Shown piece by piece: positions 25,512 to 37,510 of a DNA stretch of 64,000 nt. Source of the stretch: Camelus ferus (lineage: Eukaryota); NCBI RefSeq assembly GCF_009834535.1, contig NC_045697.1, positions 30,320,001-30,384,000 on the forward strand, read 5' to 3'. Within the stretch, counting starts at the first letter, position 1. Each line of letters begins with the position of its first letter. The translations under genes and the position numbers were made by a program. The notes beneath the pieces are model-generated. The model ran no database searches. It was not told where the DNA came from and saw only the letters and a program-made list of their open reading frames with translations.

Positions 25512-26000
25512 ACATTGCCTTAATTTTTAGCACTTGGGGAAATTTTGAAGCCTATCCAGCAGGACAAATACGTGATGCCAATATAGGTGTTAACATCAAG
25601 ACAACTGCATCATAAGTATTTTAATCCAAGTCCATGGATAACTTATTATGTGACACAGCATTGTGAGGGTTAAACATGGTGACAGCATGATCCACTTTAT
25701 TTTTCAAACTGCTCGGCCAGTCAAGGCTTTTGGAGGTTTATTAAAATTAATACAGTATCTAAGAAAAGTTATACCATGTTATATTATTATGGCTTATTTT
25801 CAGCTATATCAGGGGAAAAGAGGGCAGGAAAAAACTAACACATGTGAAAATGTGGTATGCACCAGCATTATGTTCTCCACATCATACAGTTGTGTTATTA
25901 AATTAAAAAGTTTTAACTCTGCAAAAAAAAAGTATTTTAATAAATGCTTCTTATTGCAAAAGGAACGAATATCCCTCTAAGAATTATTAGAAAATATATA

Positions 26001-26662
26001 TGAGATGATGCAGGAAAAATGGATGTGGGGCACGAGAAGGGTGGTGTCCCAGGTCTCGGTTGAGTCCTTGGGACTTGCCCCTGCTAGGTGTGGGTCCTTG
26101 GCTTCACGCAGGAAAGAATTCAAGAGCGAGCCACGGTTAAGTAAAGCAGATTTATTTAGAGAGATACATACTGCATAGAGTGTAGGCTGTGAGAAAGGCC
26201 ATGAGGTGTGGGTGTTGGGTGCTCAGATTAGAGTAAAAGTAGGCACACACTCCATAGACAAAGAGTGTGGGCAGTCTCCAAAGAGGTGGGAGCGAGAGAT
26301 GAGGCACTGAGGCACTGTGTTGCCAGTTTTTATGGGTTCGGTAGCTTTCTATGCTAACAATGGGAGGACCACTTTAACTACCCTGGGGAAGGGGCTGGGA
26401 TTCCCAGGAAGTTGGCCATTGCCCACTCTTTGACTTTTTATGTTTAGCCTTGGAACTGCCATGGCATCTGTGGGCATGTTATTATTCACCATGCTAATAC
26501 ATTACAATGGGCATATAATGAAGCTCAAGGTCTACTAGAAGTCAAATCTCCCACCATCTTGAGCCTCAAGGCCTACTGGGAGTTGAATCTTTTACCATTT
26601 TGATGTTAATTGCTGCATCATTCCTTGAATGGCTGTGCCCTGCCCCCTTCTTTCCTGTCTCA
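26001..26662 (-). mobile_element. ERV1-like solo LTR (left end approximate)
   Basis: Motif cttggcttcacgcaggaaagaattcaagagcgagcc, reverse-complement AATAAA (tttatt) and terminal ctgtctca. Confidence 0.78.
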
Positions 26663-27158
26663 TAAGCAAAAAGAAAACTAAAATCCTATTGTGCATAAAA
26701 AGCAACCCCATGAAATTTTGATCAGTCTTGTTTAAAATGATAGTTGAAACCGGGGGCTAACTTTAAGAATCCATATAGGTTGGCAATATAGTAAAGGTTA
26801 ATGGATAGTTGCATAGTTACCATAAAATTAGAGTTAAGCCTTTATGTATTTTATATCACAAAGTTGGATTTCTGTTAAAAATCTGTTTACAAGGAAAGCA
26901 TTAAGAACTTTCCAGTAATATTCAGATTTTTTGAATAATCTAGAGATATAAATATTAATGGAACAGCATTTTTTAATGTTTAACTACCTAATGCTTTAAA
27001 CTACATTTGTCACAGGAAGTTAAATTCACTTACCATTCTTGCAATAATCACCATGACCTCACTAATCTGGTAATTTCTCAATCAGTGTAAGACTGTGTTG
27101 ATCTTCATAAAATTGGGAACATACTAATTTACTTTCCCTTAAATTAGTTATTTTGCAG

Positions 27159-27738
27159 TGAAACTGAGCAGGACCCTGTGAAGACTGTCCATGTCCCCAT
27201 TTCTTGTTTATAGGAAAAAGGCTTGAGCCTTCTAGACCCTCCCTGACTTCCAAAGGGCAGTTTCAAACAGTTACTAATTAGGGAAGAGAGGGAACACAGA
27301 AAAAAGGAGGTGCAGTCAAGAAACAATGGTGCAGCAGTAAAGCTGGGTTCCGGTTCTTCCTCAGTGGATAAACAAACAAAATGATGCATCTCTGAATTCA
27401 TCCACAGGAACTAAGACCCCCTCCCCAGACCCAGGTGGAGGATGGTAACTTCAGGCTGGGCAGAAGCAAGTGGACTCTGACTGGTTGGAGCCAGAAGGCT
27501 GATGACTGAGATTCCAGGACCACCACCATGTTACCTCACCACCAGCCAATCAGATGAAGGTCACACTCTGCAGCCCTTCCCCCAGATTTTGCCTATTAAA
27601 AACTTTTTCTGAGAACCATTGGGGAGTTAGGGCTTTTTGAGCACCAGCTACCTGTTGTCCTTGCTTGGCCCCTGCAAAAAACCTTTCTTCACTTCAAACG
27701 CCAACATTTTTGGCCTCATGAACTTGGGTTTGCCAACA
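27159..27738 (+). mobile_element. ERV1-like solo LTR (family A), sense to SLC30A9
   Basis: TG...CA ends, CCAAT at 27546 and TATTAAAA at 27594. Inverted homolog of 23640-24621. Confidence 0.85.
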
Positions 27739-27979
27739 GTTAAGCAACTAATTACTTTTAAAACAAACCACCATGCATTCCATTCAGTTAATTTACTTGT
27801 GTGAGGCATTGTTTTAACCCCTGGGAAACAGCAATGTGCAAAACAAAGATTTCAGCATCATGATGCTTATTTTTTATTCTGAGGCAGAAAATTTTTTAAA
27901 AATACATAGATTATTTCAAATATCTATAGGTATTTTAAAGACAAGTATACAGGGCAACAGAGCAGAGAATAAAGAGGCC

Positions 27980-28501
27980 TATTAGGGAGCATCAGGAGGA
28001 AATCTTCCTCTGCCCTTCTAAGTTTTTCTGGTGGTCTAAGAGTTAAATTGACATGAGGCAGATTAATAGGGGGAAAAAACCAAAATTTTAACATGTTGAC
28101 AAGGGAGAGATCAAGGAAAACTGAGTAAGTAACTCATCAAAATAGTTGAAACCTTCACCTTAAATACCATCTTCAGTTAAAGACCAAAGAAGATGTTGAG
28201 GGTAGTAGTTCAGAACTTCGGGGTGGGGGCGCAATGACAGAGCTGAAAAAGCCAATTTTGGTGGGCCATACAGAAACAAAAGACACAAGAACTTTAACAG
28301 AATTTGCTAGGTTCTCACCTACATATCTAGTTCATAATATGGTTGAAAAGCCCCCTTCTTGGAATAGGTCATCTATCTATATTGTTCTAGGCAGTTAGGG
28401 GAAAGGTCAAATGTGAGTCTTTCGGACCTTAAAATAATTAGCCTAAATTAACTCTCATGCCAAAGAAACACATTTTGGGGTGGCAAGTTTTCTCCCCTAC
28501 A
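27980..28501 (-). mobile_element. MER34/MER39-like solo LTR
   Basis: Motifs aaattgacatgaggcagattaatagg and terminal atgccaaag...attttggggtggca...cccctaca. Confidence 0.7.
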
Positions 28502-29039
28502 ATAGCTAGGGTGGTCAAGGCAGGCCTCTTTCCAGGCATGAGCTAAGACCTAAAGGCACATGTCAGATAAACACAGTTAATGCCCACTGAATGTCGTTCT
28601 GGTCTTTCTCTCTGGGACCACACTGACTCCTATGTATGTGTCTGCACATTTCTTTTTACCCAGACAAATTATGAATGCATAAGCCATGTTTTACTATATT
28701 ACACCGGGTTGTGAGGTTCAGAGGTTAGCAGTGCAAGTAACTGATTCCCTGGGTACTTGCCTTCATGGTACTGGCCACACGATAGTGTTAACGATGTACT
28801 GAGGACATTGTAGCCTAAGCTTGGGCTTACCCAGGGAAGGCTTCTCAGAGAGTCTCAGAAAGCTATTCTCCTATCTTCCCACCCTACCTCCCATTTCCAA
28901 CACCAAGGGCCAGAATCTGAGCCCAGAAAACAGAAAAGTAGGCAGAGCGCCCAAAGGCTGTCATTTCTATGAAAGCTTTCCTGGCTGTTAAGAAGCAAAC
29001 AATTCACCTGTAGACCTCAAAGCAAGACGCAAAAACAGC

Positions 29040-29680
29040 AGCGATGAACACTACGCGGACGCCAAACTTTCCGCGCAGCCGCACTCTCCCCAGCTGGTCC
29101 GGGTCCGCGGGGGCGAGGACTCGCGATTCCCGTTCCGCATGTACGTCACTTCCGCTATCCGCGCGGCCCGGGCTCTAAAGGACGTTACCATTTCCGGGTT
29201 CTCTGAGGCCGCCTGCGGCGGCGCAGGCGTTGAATTTCGCGAGTGTTCGGTCTATGGAGTCAGTTGGTGTCGGCGGCGGCGCGGAGGCAGCAGGCGGTGT
29301 CCGAGTGGGGGCCTTTGCCCCGCCAGTATGTTACCGGGCTTGGCCGCCGCCGCTGCGGCCCACAGATGTAGCTGGTCCTCCCTATGCCGGCTCCGTCTGC
29401 GCTGCAGGGCGGCGGCCCGCGGCTCCAGCGACCGCCAGGGTGAGTGTCCCGCGCCGGCCGCTGACTCCGCGGAAGCCGGACTGGAGAACCAGGCCGGGCT
29501 CGGTGCTGGGCCCCTCGCCTCGGGCAGTTGTTCGCCGGCTTGCCCTTCCCCAACCCCACAACCTTTGTTTCGGGCCTCCGCCTTTGCTAATTCAGACGGC
29601 CCAGCCTGCGGAGGCCCCTGCCAGGCCTCGCTGAGCTTGGTCTCGCCTCTAGCCCTAGCACGGCCTCCGCGGAAACTTGG
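29040..29680 (+). promoter_or_regulatory. SLC30A9: CpG island / TATA-less promoter of SLC30A9
   Basis: The only CpG-dense segment in the window. It spans exon 1 and contains ETS-CRE (29143-29155), ETS (catttccgg ~29189-29197) and two TCGCGA cores. Confidence 0.92.
29328..29439 (+). CDS. SLC30A9: SLC30A9 exon 1 CDS: MLPGLAAAAAAHRCSWSSLCRLRLRCRAAARGSSDRQ (mitochondrial presequence-like)
   Basis: ATG at 29328 and donor gtgagt at 29440. Arg/Ala/Ser-rich and acid-poor. Matches the recalled ZnT9 N-terminus. Confidence 0.96.
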
Positions 29681-31309
29681 GGCAATTTGCATGCCTAGTT
29701 GCCTACAGGAAACCCACCAGTTTGTTGTCAGTAAAACGTTACGTGAACATAGCAGTGCCGACCTCCCTTTCCCCTCAGGCATTGAGGAATTGCTGACTCC
29801 ACAAAGTTCCAGGGTCTTTTGAGCTCACCGACTCACCTTCATAGGGCACTTTTGGCCGAGTAGATTTTGTTACCCTGCTCCTTTTCTCATGCTCCCAACT
29901 TGTTTTGTTTAATTTTCTAAGGAGGAAATTGGGGGATGCTACTTAACATTTACAAATCATGCTTACAAATGCAAGTATGGCCATCCCACAGTTATTGAAT
30001 GAGCCCAGTTCCACTGAACAATCTTTTTGGTGAAAAAATGCGTTTTGGTGCTGCAGCAAATTAAAAAGTGGTTATAGAGAGTTTTTATCCCTCTCAACAT
30101 TCTTTTCTGACTCAAATTTAAATTTTAAGTCTGACAGTTTCCAAAATAACATTGAACTTTTAAATTTTAATCAGGTTTACCTCCGATTTTGCCATAATTG
30201 GCATACCGTAGGTTGCTTGGCACTTGCGAACTTGCAGGAACAATGAGGGAGATGACAACTAAATCCACCCCTAAACTAATCCCCCAGGTTCTTGGGGATG
30301 TAAAGTGTTTACAAAAACATTGCCCCAAAATTTATGTCTGAGAAAACTTGTAGCATGTTTGTGACCTCGCAGTAGAAGTTGGAAGTTGTAGTCATTCAAT
30401 TAATAAGTGATATGAGCAACAGTAACGCCTGTGCTGTGAATTATTTTAGGATTTGTTCTTATCTTTTTGCAATAAATGTAAAAACTGGCTCTTAAAATTT
30501 CAGAAGTGTTGCTTTTAACAGCACTGTTTTTGGGGCTTTTTGGTATTGATGGAAAAGTATAGTATAACTGTTGAGTTTTTCTGTATTGGAAATATACTTG
30601 ATTCTCTTGTCAGCAAAATGAATTATCTGGTTATGTACTGTACTCCAAAATCCCCAACTAAACTTTCTAGCATAATTGCTTCTATTGACCAAGCAGTTTT
30701 AGCATTTTACACTTCAATTAGGTGTAGTGGCTGTTGAATTTAGTCTAAACTGCTGTTTAAGTGTTAGTAAAAAAGTTGAACTAGTGTGATTTGTAATCCC
30801 TTATTCTCTGTAGCTGTCATGTTGAAAATTACAGTGCTCTTTCTCACGGCCATCTCATCAGTCAGAATGACTGCAAATTTCTTTGCAGTGTTTATTACCA
30901 AAAAGTTAAAATGTATTTTCATATTTAAAAATACTTAGTCCATTTTAAAGATAACTTTATTTGTGAAAATTTAGTTTCGATAATACTGAAACAGTTTTTA
31001 AAAGAGCAACCATAATTATGGTAAAACTTTAGAAAAAGAGTACTAATTAAGTTGATGCATGTAAGAAGAAAATATTTGAAGAACTTTTGGGAAAAAATTC
31101 TAAAAACAGATGTTTTTCTTTGTCAAATAAAGTTTAGTTTATGCTTCTAAAATTCCTGTGTGGCTGGGGAAAAACTTATAAAGGATAAGGAGAGAAGGTA
31201 CGCTTGAGGGCAACAGTTGCTTTATTTGCATACTTAAAAGTGAGAAATGCTTATATGTCAAACTAAGGCTGAAAACATTTAAAGGTGAAAAGGAAAACAA
31301 TATTCTAGA

Positions 31310-31583
31310 GCAGCTCTGTCCAAAAGAAATATAATGCAAACCATATATGTAATTTTGAGTTATCTAATAGCCATGTTTTAAAAAGTAAAAACAGATAAAA
31401 TTAAATTTTTTATGTTTTATCCAGTATATTACAAATATTTCAACATATAATCAATATAAAAATTATTGAAATATTTTACATTATCTTTTTGTACTAAGTC
31501 TTTGGAGCCCAATATGCATTTTACACTTACAGCACATCTTAGTTCAGACTACCCACATTTCAAGTGCAATAAACAAAGACTAC
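31310..31583. mobile_element. MER33-like DNA transposon (3' end displaced by an LTR)
   Basis: Sequence cagctctgtccaaaagaaatataatgcaaacc...acagcacatcttagttcagac. Homologous to 17263-17570. Confidence 0.7.
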
Positions 31584-32056
31584 TGTTGTGGGACACAACT
31601 CGGCAGTGGGCTGGGTGACAGGGTGTCTCAGGCAGTAAAAGAATTTACCAGAGATGAAGGAGAATAGTAAAGGAGTTTATTAGGGTACTCTGCCATAGAC
31701 AACAGTGGGCCACACAGACAAGAGGTGCCTATGTGAGCACCGAGGACTGGTTCTTGGGGTCTTTTATAAGGTTGTGTCACAATGTGCCTGATCAGCTGGT
31801 GCACAAGTCTCTGATTGGTTGTAGGTGAGGTAAGAGGTTTAGGGTCTATGAAGGGCAGTGGGGTTTATGACTGATAAGGTGGGCTGAAATGAAACAGCCT
31901 GAGCTATTATGAGATTAGGCATTACCTGGGGCTACTAGTTTGTTAGGGCAAACATGCCCAGTAAAGAATGTACTTTATCTGAGAGATCAGAGGCAGACAT
32001 CTGAGAGCACAGGAATGGGAGTCATTGGACTTTGAAGGACGTCAGTTGGCCCCACA
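31584..32056 (-). mobile_element. Solo LTR (family B) in SLC30A9 intron 1
   Basis: TG...CA ends and a perfect 5-bp TSD actac (31579-31583, 32057-32061). Homolog of 23719-24168. Confidence 0.92.
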
Positions 32057-32776
32057 ACTACTGTATGGTAGTGCGGTTATAGAGTTAGTGTCCCTAATTT
32101 GTAAAGAGGTTTTACCAAACAGTGTACATTCCAGTAGAAAAATGGGCAAAGGAAGTGAATGAGTTCATAAAGGGGTTCAAGTGACCAATAAAAAATGCAG
32201 AAATGTTCCATATTTACTGATAAGCATAGACATATAAGGCTAGAGGATTTACTATTCATTGCCTGACTCATGTTATCTAAGTTTTTCATAGTAATACATC
32301 ATATTGAGGGTGCAGGAAAGCAGGAACTCTCTTACTACTGATTGGGACATGTAGTTGAACAGTGTTTTGGAGGTCAGTTATTCTTTGTAGAAAAAGAATT
32401 TAAAGGTCCGTGCCTCTTGACCCAACAAGAGATTTACTTAAGAGACCCACTTAAGAGATTTGCTTTCAATAAATAGATACATATTAAAGGGTGTGTACAA
32501 GTTCACTATTAATAGTAGTAAATAGATAACATACACAGTTATGAAGAGTTGAAAACAAATATGTTACAGTACATTTATTATGGACTGATGATAGATGCAA
32601 CCATTTAAAAAAATCAATTTAGAAGAATTAGTGACACAGAAAAATGCTCTTGATGTATACTAGGTAAAACTAGAAAAAATACAGTAAGAATATATACTGT
32701 GATGTTAACAGTTTCTCTGAAAAATTTTTTAATTAACCAGTGTTTTTTCCAAATAATCTACAATAAACATATACTT

Positions 32777-32902
32777 TTTAAATTTGGGGGGTAATTAGGT
32801 TTATTTACTTATTAATTATTATTATTTTTTATTTGACGAAAGTACTGGGAATTGAACCCAGTACCAGGCATGTACTCTACTGCTGAGCTATACCCTCCTC
32901 CC
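32777..32902 (-). mobile_element. Vic-1-like SINE with internal deletion
   Basis: Reverse-complement tRNA-like head lacking part of the anticodon arm. 11-bp TSD aacatatactt at 32766-32776 and 32903-32913. Confidence 0.88.
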
Positions 32903-35029
32903 AACATATACTTGTAAATAATTAAAAATACTAGTTTCTCTAGTGAACATACATTTTAAAAAGGTTTTTTTTAACATTTTTTTAATTGAGTTAAAAAGTT
33001 TTTTTGACTTTGCATAGAGCACTTGTTTTTTCATGTATTTATGCCTTGCCTCATTTGACACAGATTTGAGATGAGAGGATGCTCCTTTAAGTACTACAAT
33101 ACCAAATCAACACACACATGCTTTTGCCTTAATCATGAGATTAATAAGTCTAGTTTTAAAATAAAAAGATAGAAATTGACCTGTGTATTTTTTTATTCCT
33201 GTCTCTAAATCTGCTAGTATTACCATAAGAAAAGTAGAATGGGAATTTAACTCTCCTCCCAACCCCTTAAATAACTAATAGGAATATTGACGGTTATAAA
33301 AGGTCATTTTGACAGGCTGACAGCATAATTCTGTGTAGTTCAAGTTAATGATAGGATTAACCACAGTATGTGCTTCATAGGGTTTTTGTGAGAATCATTC
33401 AGTAAAGAGGTGTCAGGTGTTGTAATTGCTGGTGGTGTGGTACTGAACAAGACAGACACCATTTCCACCTTTTTTTGGAAATGAGGAATGAGAAAACTTG
33501 TCTAAATGATGTAAAAGAAATAAGCAGAGTAATGGGCTAGGACATAGCCAGCAGGGACCTTGCCCAGGACTCCAGCTTTTCTGAGGTGGTAGTGACTAAG
33601 CCAAGGCATGAAAAGTGAAAATGAACAAGCCAGGTGAAGATCTTGGGCAAAAAGCAATCCAGGCAGAACAAACAGAAACCCTGCAGACCATATTAGTAGT
33701 ATTCAGGAGCAGAAACAGATGTGCTGTGGCTGCGGGATGGTTGGAAATGGTGTGCCAACCATACCATGTAGAGAATGGGTGGGAAAGGGGAGAGTGTGAG
33801 TAAGGAGATCATTAGAGGGCTATTATAGTTATCTAGGCAAACAAGACTGGTTGAACCATGATAGTTCGCAGTGGAGATGAAGAGATGTAGATGGCTTTGA
33901 GGTATGTTGTGGAATATAAATTATAATGTGATAATACAGGCAGAGCGTTTAGGACAATGGCACTTTGTCTTTGATGGTATGTCCTAATGGTAAATCATTA
34001 ATATATTAGCTTTGGGTTTTTTTTTTTTTTCAATTCCTAAGCAAATATTAACAAGAATTAAGCAAGGAAGTAGAGCTGTGTGCCATGAGCAACACAGGAA
34101 GTTGCCAGCATCTTCTATTCTTTGTATACTCAGAAAAAAAAAAATGGATTCCCTATTGCTTGCTCTGTTTTGGTGAAAAATCACATCAGCAGTAGTCCTG
34201 AAGGTTAAGCTACCTGGTCTAGGTCACATTTATGCTTGCCAGGATGATTAGGCAGAAAAGGGATTTTCCTGCATTTTTGGCTAATTGAAAGCATAAAAGT
34301 AAACTAGAGACAGCCGGTGTCTATTACATTAGTTGTAGTAATATTCAATGAATATATTATTAATTTTTAATTTTAGGCATTTTGGGGAAAAATACAGAAA
34401 CGTATAAGGTATAGAGTTAAAAACTGTGTAATCCAGATATTTCACCAGTTACATTTTTAATAGTTGATATCATACTGTATTATTTTGTCTCCTTTTTTTA
34501 TGCAACATGATAACATGAATGTTTTTCCATGTTATTTAAAGTTTTTAATGAAAATATAGGGAGCTCTCATAACTTAATCATTCTATTAGGGAACATTTAA
34601 GCTGTTTCTAGTTTCTGCTATGATAATACCATGAAGAACAGTTTTTGCATTATATATTATTATTATTTTTGGTCCAGCAAGTTTCTGCTGTGCTACTCTG
34701 CTTACTATTGTGTATTTTAAATTCACACTTAGTAGTCTCTTAAAAATAAACGTAACATTGATTTAGTTTTTAATATGTCAGTGCTTTAGTAATTTTGGGA
34801 AAAAACTGCAGAAATAGTCTCTTAAGTAAAGAGACTGATCTCTGCAAGATTTAGGTACAAATTTGACTCTGGTCCTGAAATTAGCCTGAAGTAAAACATA
34901 CCAAACTGCGAGAAATCTTTTTGTTTGATTTTAGTTATTGTTATTACAGAAGCAATGTACATGGTAGACAGAATTGTCAGTTTGCATGGGAGAAAAAGAA
35001 TTGTTTGAGAAGGTACTTTTCTATAGAAA

Positions 35030-35297
35030 GCAAACTTACAGTTACCAAAGGGGAAAGCAGGGGGGAAGGATAAATTAGGAGTTTGGGATTAACGTATACA
35101 GACTACTATATATAAAATAGATAAAACAACAGGGACCTACAGTGTAGCATAGGGAACTATATTCAATAACCTAAATTGGAAAAGAATCTGAAAAAGAACA
35201 TGTGTGTATATATATATTTGAATCTCTTTGTTGTGCACATGAAACTAACACAACATTGTAAATCAACTATACTTCAATAAAAAAATTTTTAAAAAAA
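35030..35297 (+). mobile_element. 5'-truncated L1 3' UTR
   Basis: Sequence aaacttacagttaccaaagggg...caactatacttcaataaaaaa. Confidence 0.88.
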
Positions 35298-35594
35298 GTC
35301 TTTGTCCAGGCCCATAGAACAGTGAGCACCAAACTTGGGACTAATCTACCATAGCATAGCTTGTTTTTAGAAGTCACCTTGAAGAAAGGTTATGAATGGT
35401 GGGTAATATTTTCTACTATCTCTCTGCCTCCTAGAATTAATTAACAAATTCAGTAATTTATTCAACAAATGATTTTCTACTGCTGTGTATTAAGTATTAT
35501 ATTTGTTTTATTGAACCAAGTGTAGTCCTGTATATTTTTTAGAATATAAAATGTTAAAGATAGTAACATTCTGCAAGTTCTGTGCAATTTTCTT

Positions 35595-35712
35595 CTTTTT
35601 AAAAAACTTTCAAAATTATTTATATAGTTAGTTAATGGAGGTACTGGGGATTGAACCCAGGACCTTGTGCATGCTAAGCACATGCTCTACCATTGAGCTG
35701 TGGCCCCCTACC
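35595..35712 (-). mobile_element. Vic-1-like SINE
   Basis: Sequence tggaggtactggggattgaacccaggaccttgtgcatgctaagcacatgctctacc. Confidence 0.88.
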
Positions 35713-35801
35713 TCATTTTTCAGTCTTGTATTTATGCCAGATGTGTACATTTAAAGTTGCAGATACCTGAAATTCTACTGAAGTTGGAAGTAATTACTTT
35801 T

Positions 35802-36402
35802 CACACCTGCACCCCAATGTTCATAGCAGCACTATTTACAATAGCCAAGACATGGAAACAGCCTAAATGTCCATTGACAGATGACTGGATAAAGACAATG
35901 TGGTATATTTCTATAGTGGAATACTATACAGCCATAAAACGACAACATAATGCCATTTGCAGCATCATGGATGTCCCTGGAGAATGTCATTCTAAGTGAA
36001 GTAAGCCAGAAAGAGAAAGAAAAATACCATATGAGATCGCTCATGTGTGGAATCTGGGAAAAAAAAAAAAAGAAGGAAAGAAAGAAAAAGACAAATGAAC
36101 AAATACAAAACAGAAACAGACTCATAGACGTAGAATATAAACTTATGGTTACTGGGGCAGGGGAGGGTGGGAAGGGACAGACTAGGAGTTCGAAATTTGT
36201 AGATACTGACAGGTATATATAGAATAGATAAATAAGATTATATTGTATAGTACAGAGAAATATATACAAGATCTTGTGGTAGCTCATGGTGAAAAAGAAT
36301 GCAATGATGAATATATATATCTTCATATATAACTGAAAAATTGTGCTCTACACTGGAAATTAACACAACATTGTAAATTGACTATAACTCAATAAAAAAA
36401 AA
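35802..36402 (+). mobile_element. 5'-truncated L1 (ORF2 C-terminus + 3' UTR)
   Basis: ORF text TCTPMFIAALFTIAKTWKQPKCP..DDWIK. TSD taattactttt at 35791-35801 and 36405-36415. Confidence 0.93.
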
Positions 36403-36419
36403 GTTAATTACTTTTTAAA

Positions 36420-37510
36420 ACAGGTAGCAAGGAATCTATGGGAGTATTACGATAGAGTCAAAAGGACATAGAAGCCAACTTGAAGAGACTACTACTGGCC
36501 AAAAATGGGATGGACAGTTTGAGCATTAGTCAGAGTAATGACTAAAATGTATTGATATATATCAAATAATGTTTAAATCTATGAAATCATAATGATACTT
36601 ACACATGGCAAATTATTGTGTCACTGTTGCAGGGTGGTACTCATTATTTTGAGAACTGGTAGAGGGAAAGAAGCATTTAGCCTCACTCTTCTATTTGAAC
36701 TGTACTGCTGAGTAACCAAATTAATGAAGGGAATTTTCTCTTTGTAGAGGTATTCTGACTAATAACTGAAGTGATAAAACTGAAATATCACCATTTTATA
36801 CCCACCTAATGAATAACTAATTCCAGGCATAGAAAAATGTAGTAGACACTATGACACAGACAACCAAATATTATGTGGCTCCTGGTGAAAGAACTCATAA
36901 CTACCTATCAAGTAGTGTTGTCCTAGTAAAAAGGAGCCTGGATTTGGATAAAGTGTTTACATCCATGGATTTAAGAACACATAGAAGTACAAATTAAACA
37001 ATGCCATAGGAATTAAATTAGCAAAATTCAGACTAGAAAACTACCAGGACAAAAGTTTAGGACAAAGCTGGTTTCTTCAATATAAAAATTGTTCTAAAAA
37101 GAGATATCCTGTAGAACAGAGACTTAAAAGACATCTCAACCAGTCACAGTATGTGGACTGAAATAGGATCTGTTCACACACACAAAAATTATAACACTTC
37201 TAATACTGGAAATTGGAAAGAGGATATTTGAGGATATTAAGGATTTCTTTTTTTACTTGTGATGGTGGTATAGTTATCTTTTTAAAAGTTCTCTCAATGT
37301 ATACTGAAATATTTATGAATGGAATTATTTTATGTCTGAGATTTGCATCAAATTAATATGGAGGTAAGGAGATACTGGTGCAGATAAAGATGAAACAGAG
37401 TTTGCCATGATAGATAATTGTTGAAGGTAGGCAGTCAAAATGTGTGTTTATTGTACTATTTTTCCTACCTTTGCATATGTTTGAAATTTTCTGTAATAAA
37501 ATGTTTTAAA
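36420..37510 (+). mobile_element. Old L1M (L1MC/ME-like) 3' remnant
   Basis: Degenerate 3' motifs ending in tatgtttgaaattttctgtaataaaatg. Confidence 0.55.

Noticed and set aside
29252..29782. 176-aa and 99-aa antisense ORFs over the CpG island
   Set aside because: Long ORFs are expected by chance in stop-poor GC-rich DNA. They are low-complexity with no recognisable homology.
29139..29822. 227-aa + ORF as a single-exon gene
   Set aside because: It is SLC30A9 exon 1 read through the gtgagt donor into GC-rich intron sequence.
23719..32056. Full provirus bounded by the two family B LTRs
   Set aside because: Each LTR has its own distinct TSD, and the interval contains host promoter and exon 1 with no gag/pol/env.
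35700..36326. ORFs of 90-164 aa on both strands
   Set aside because: They are L1 ORF2 C-terminal and 3' UTR fragments and their antisense frames.
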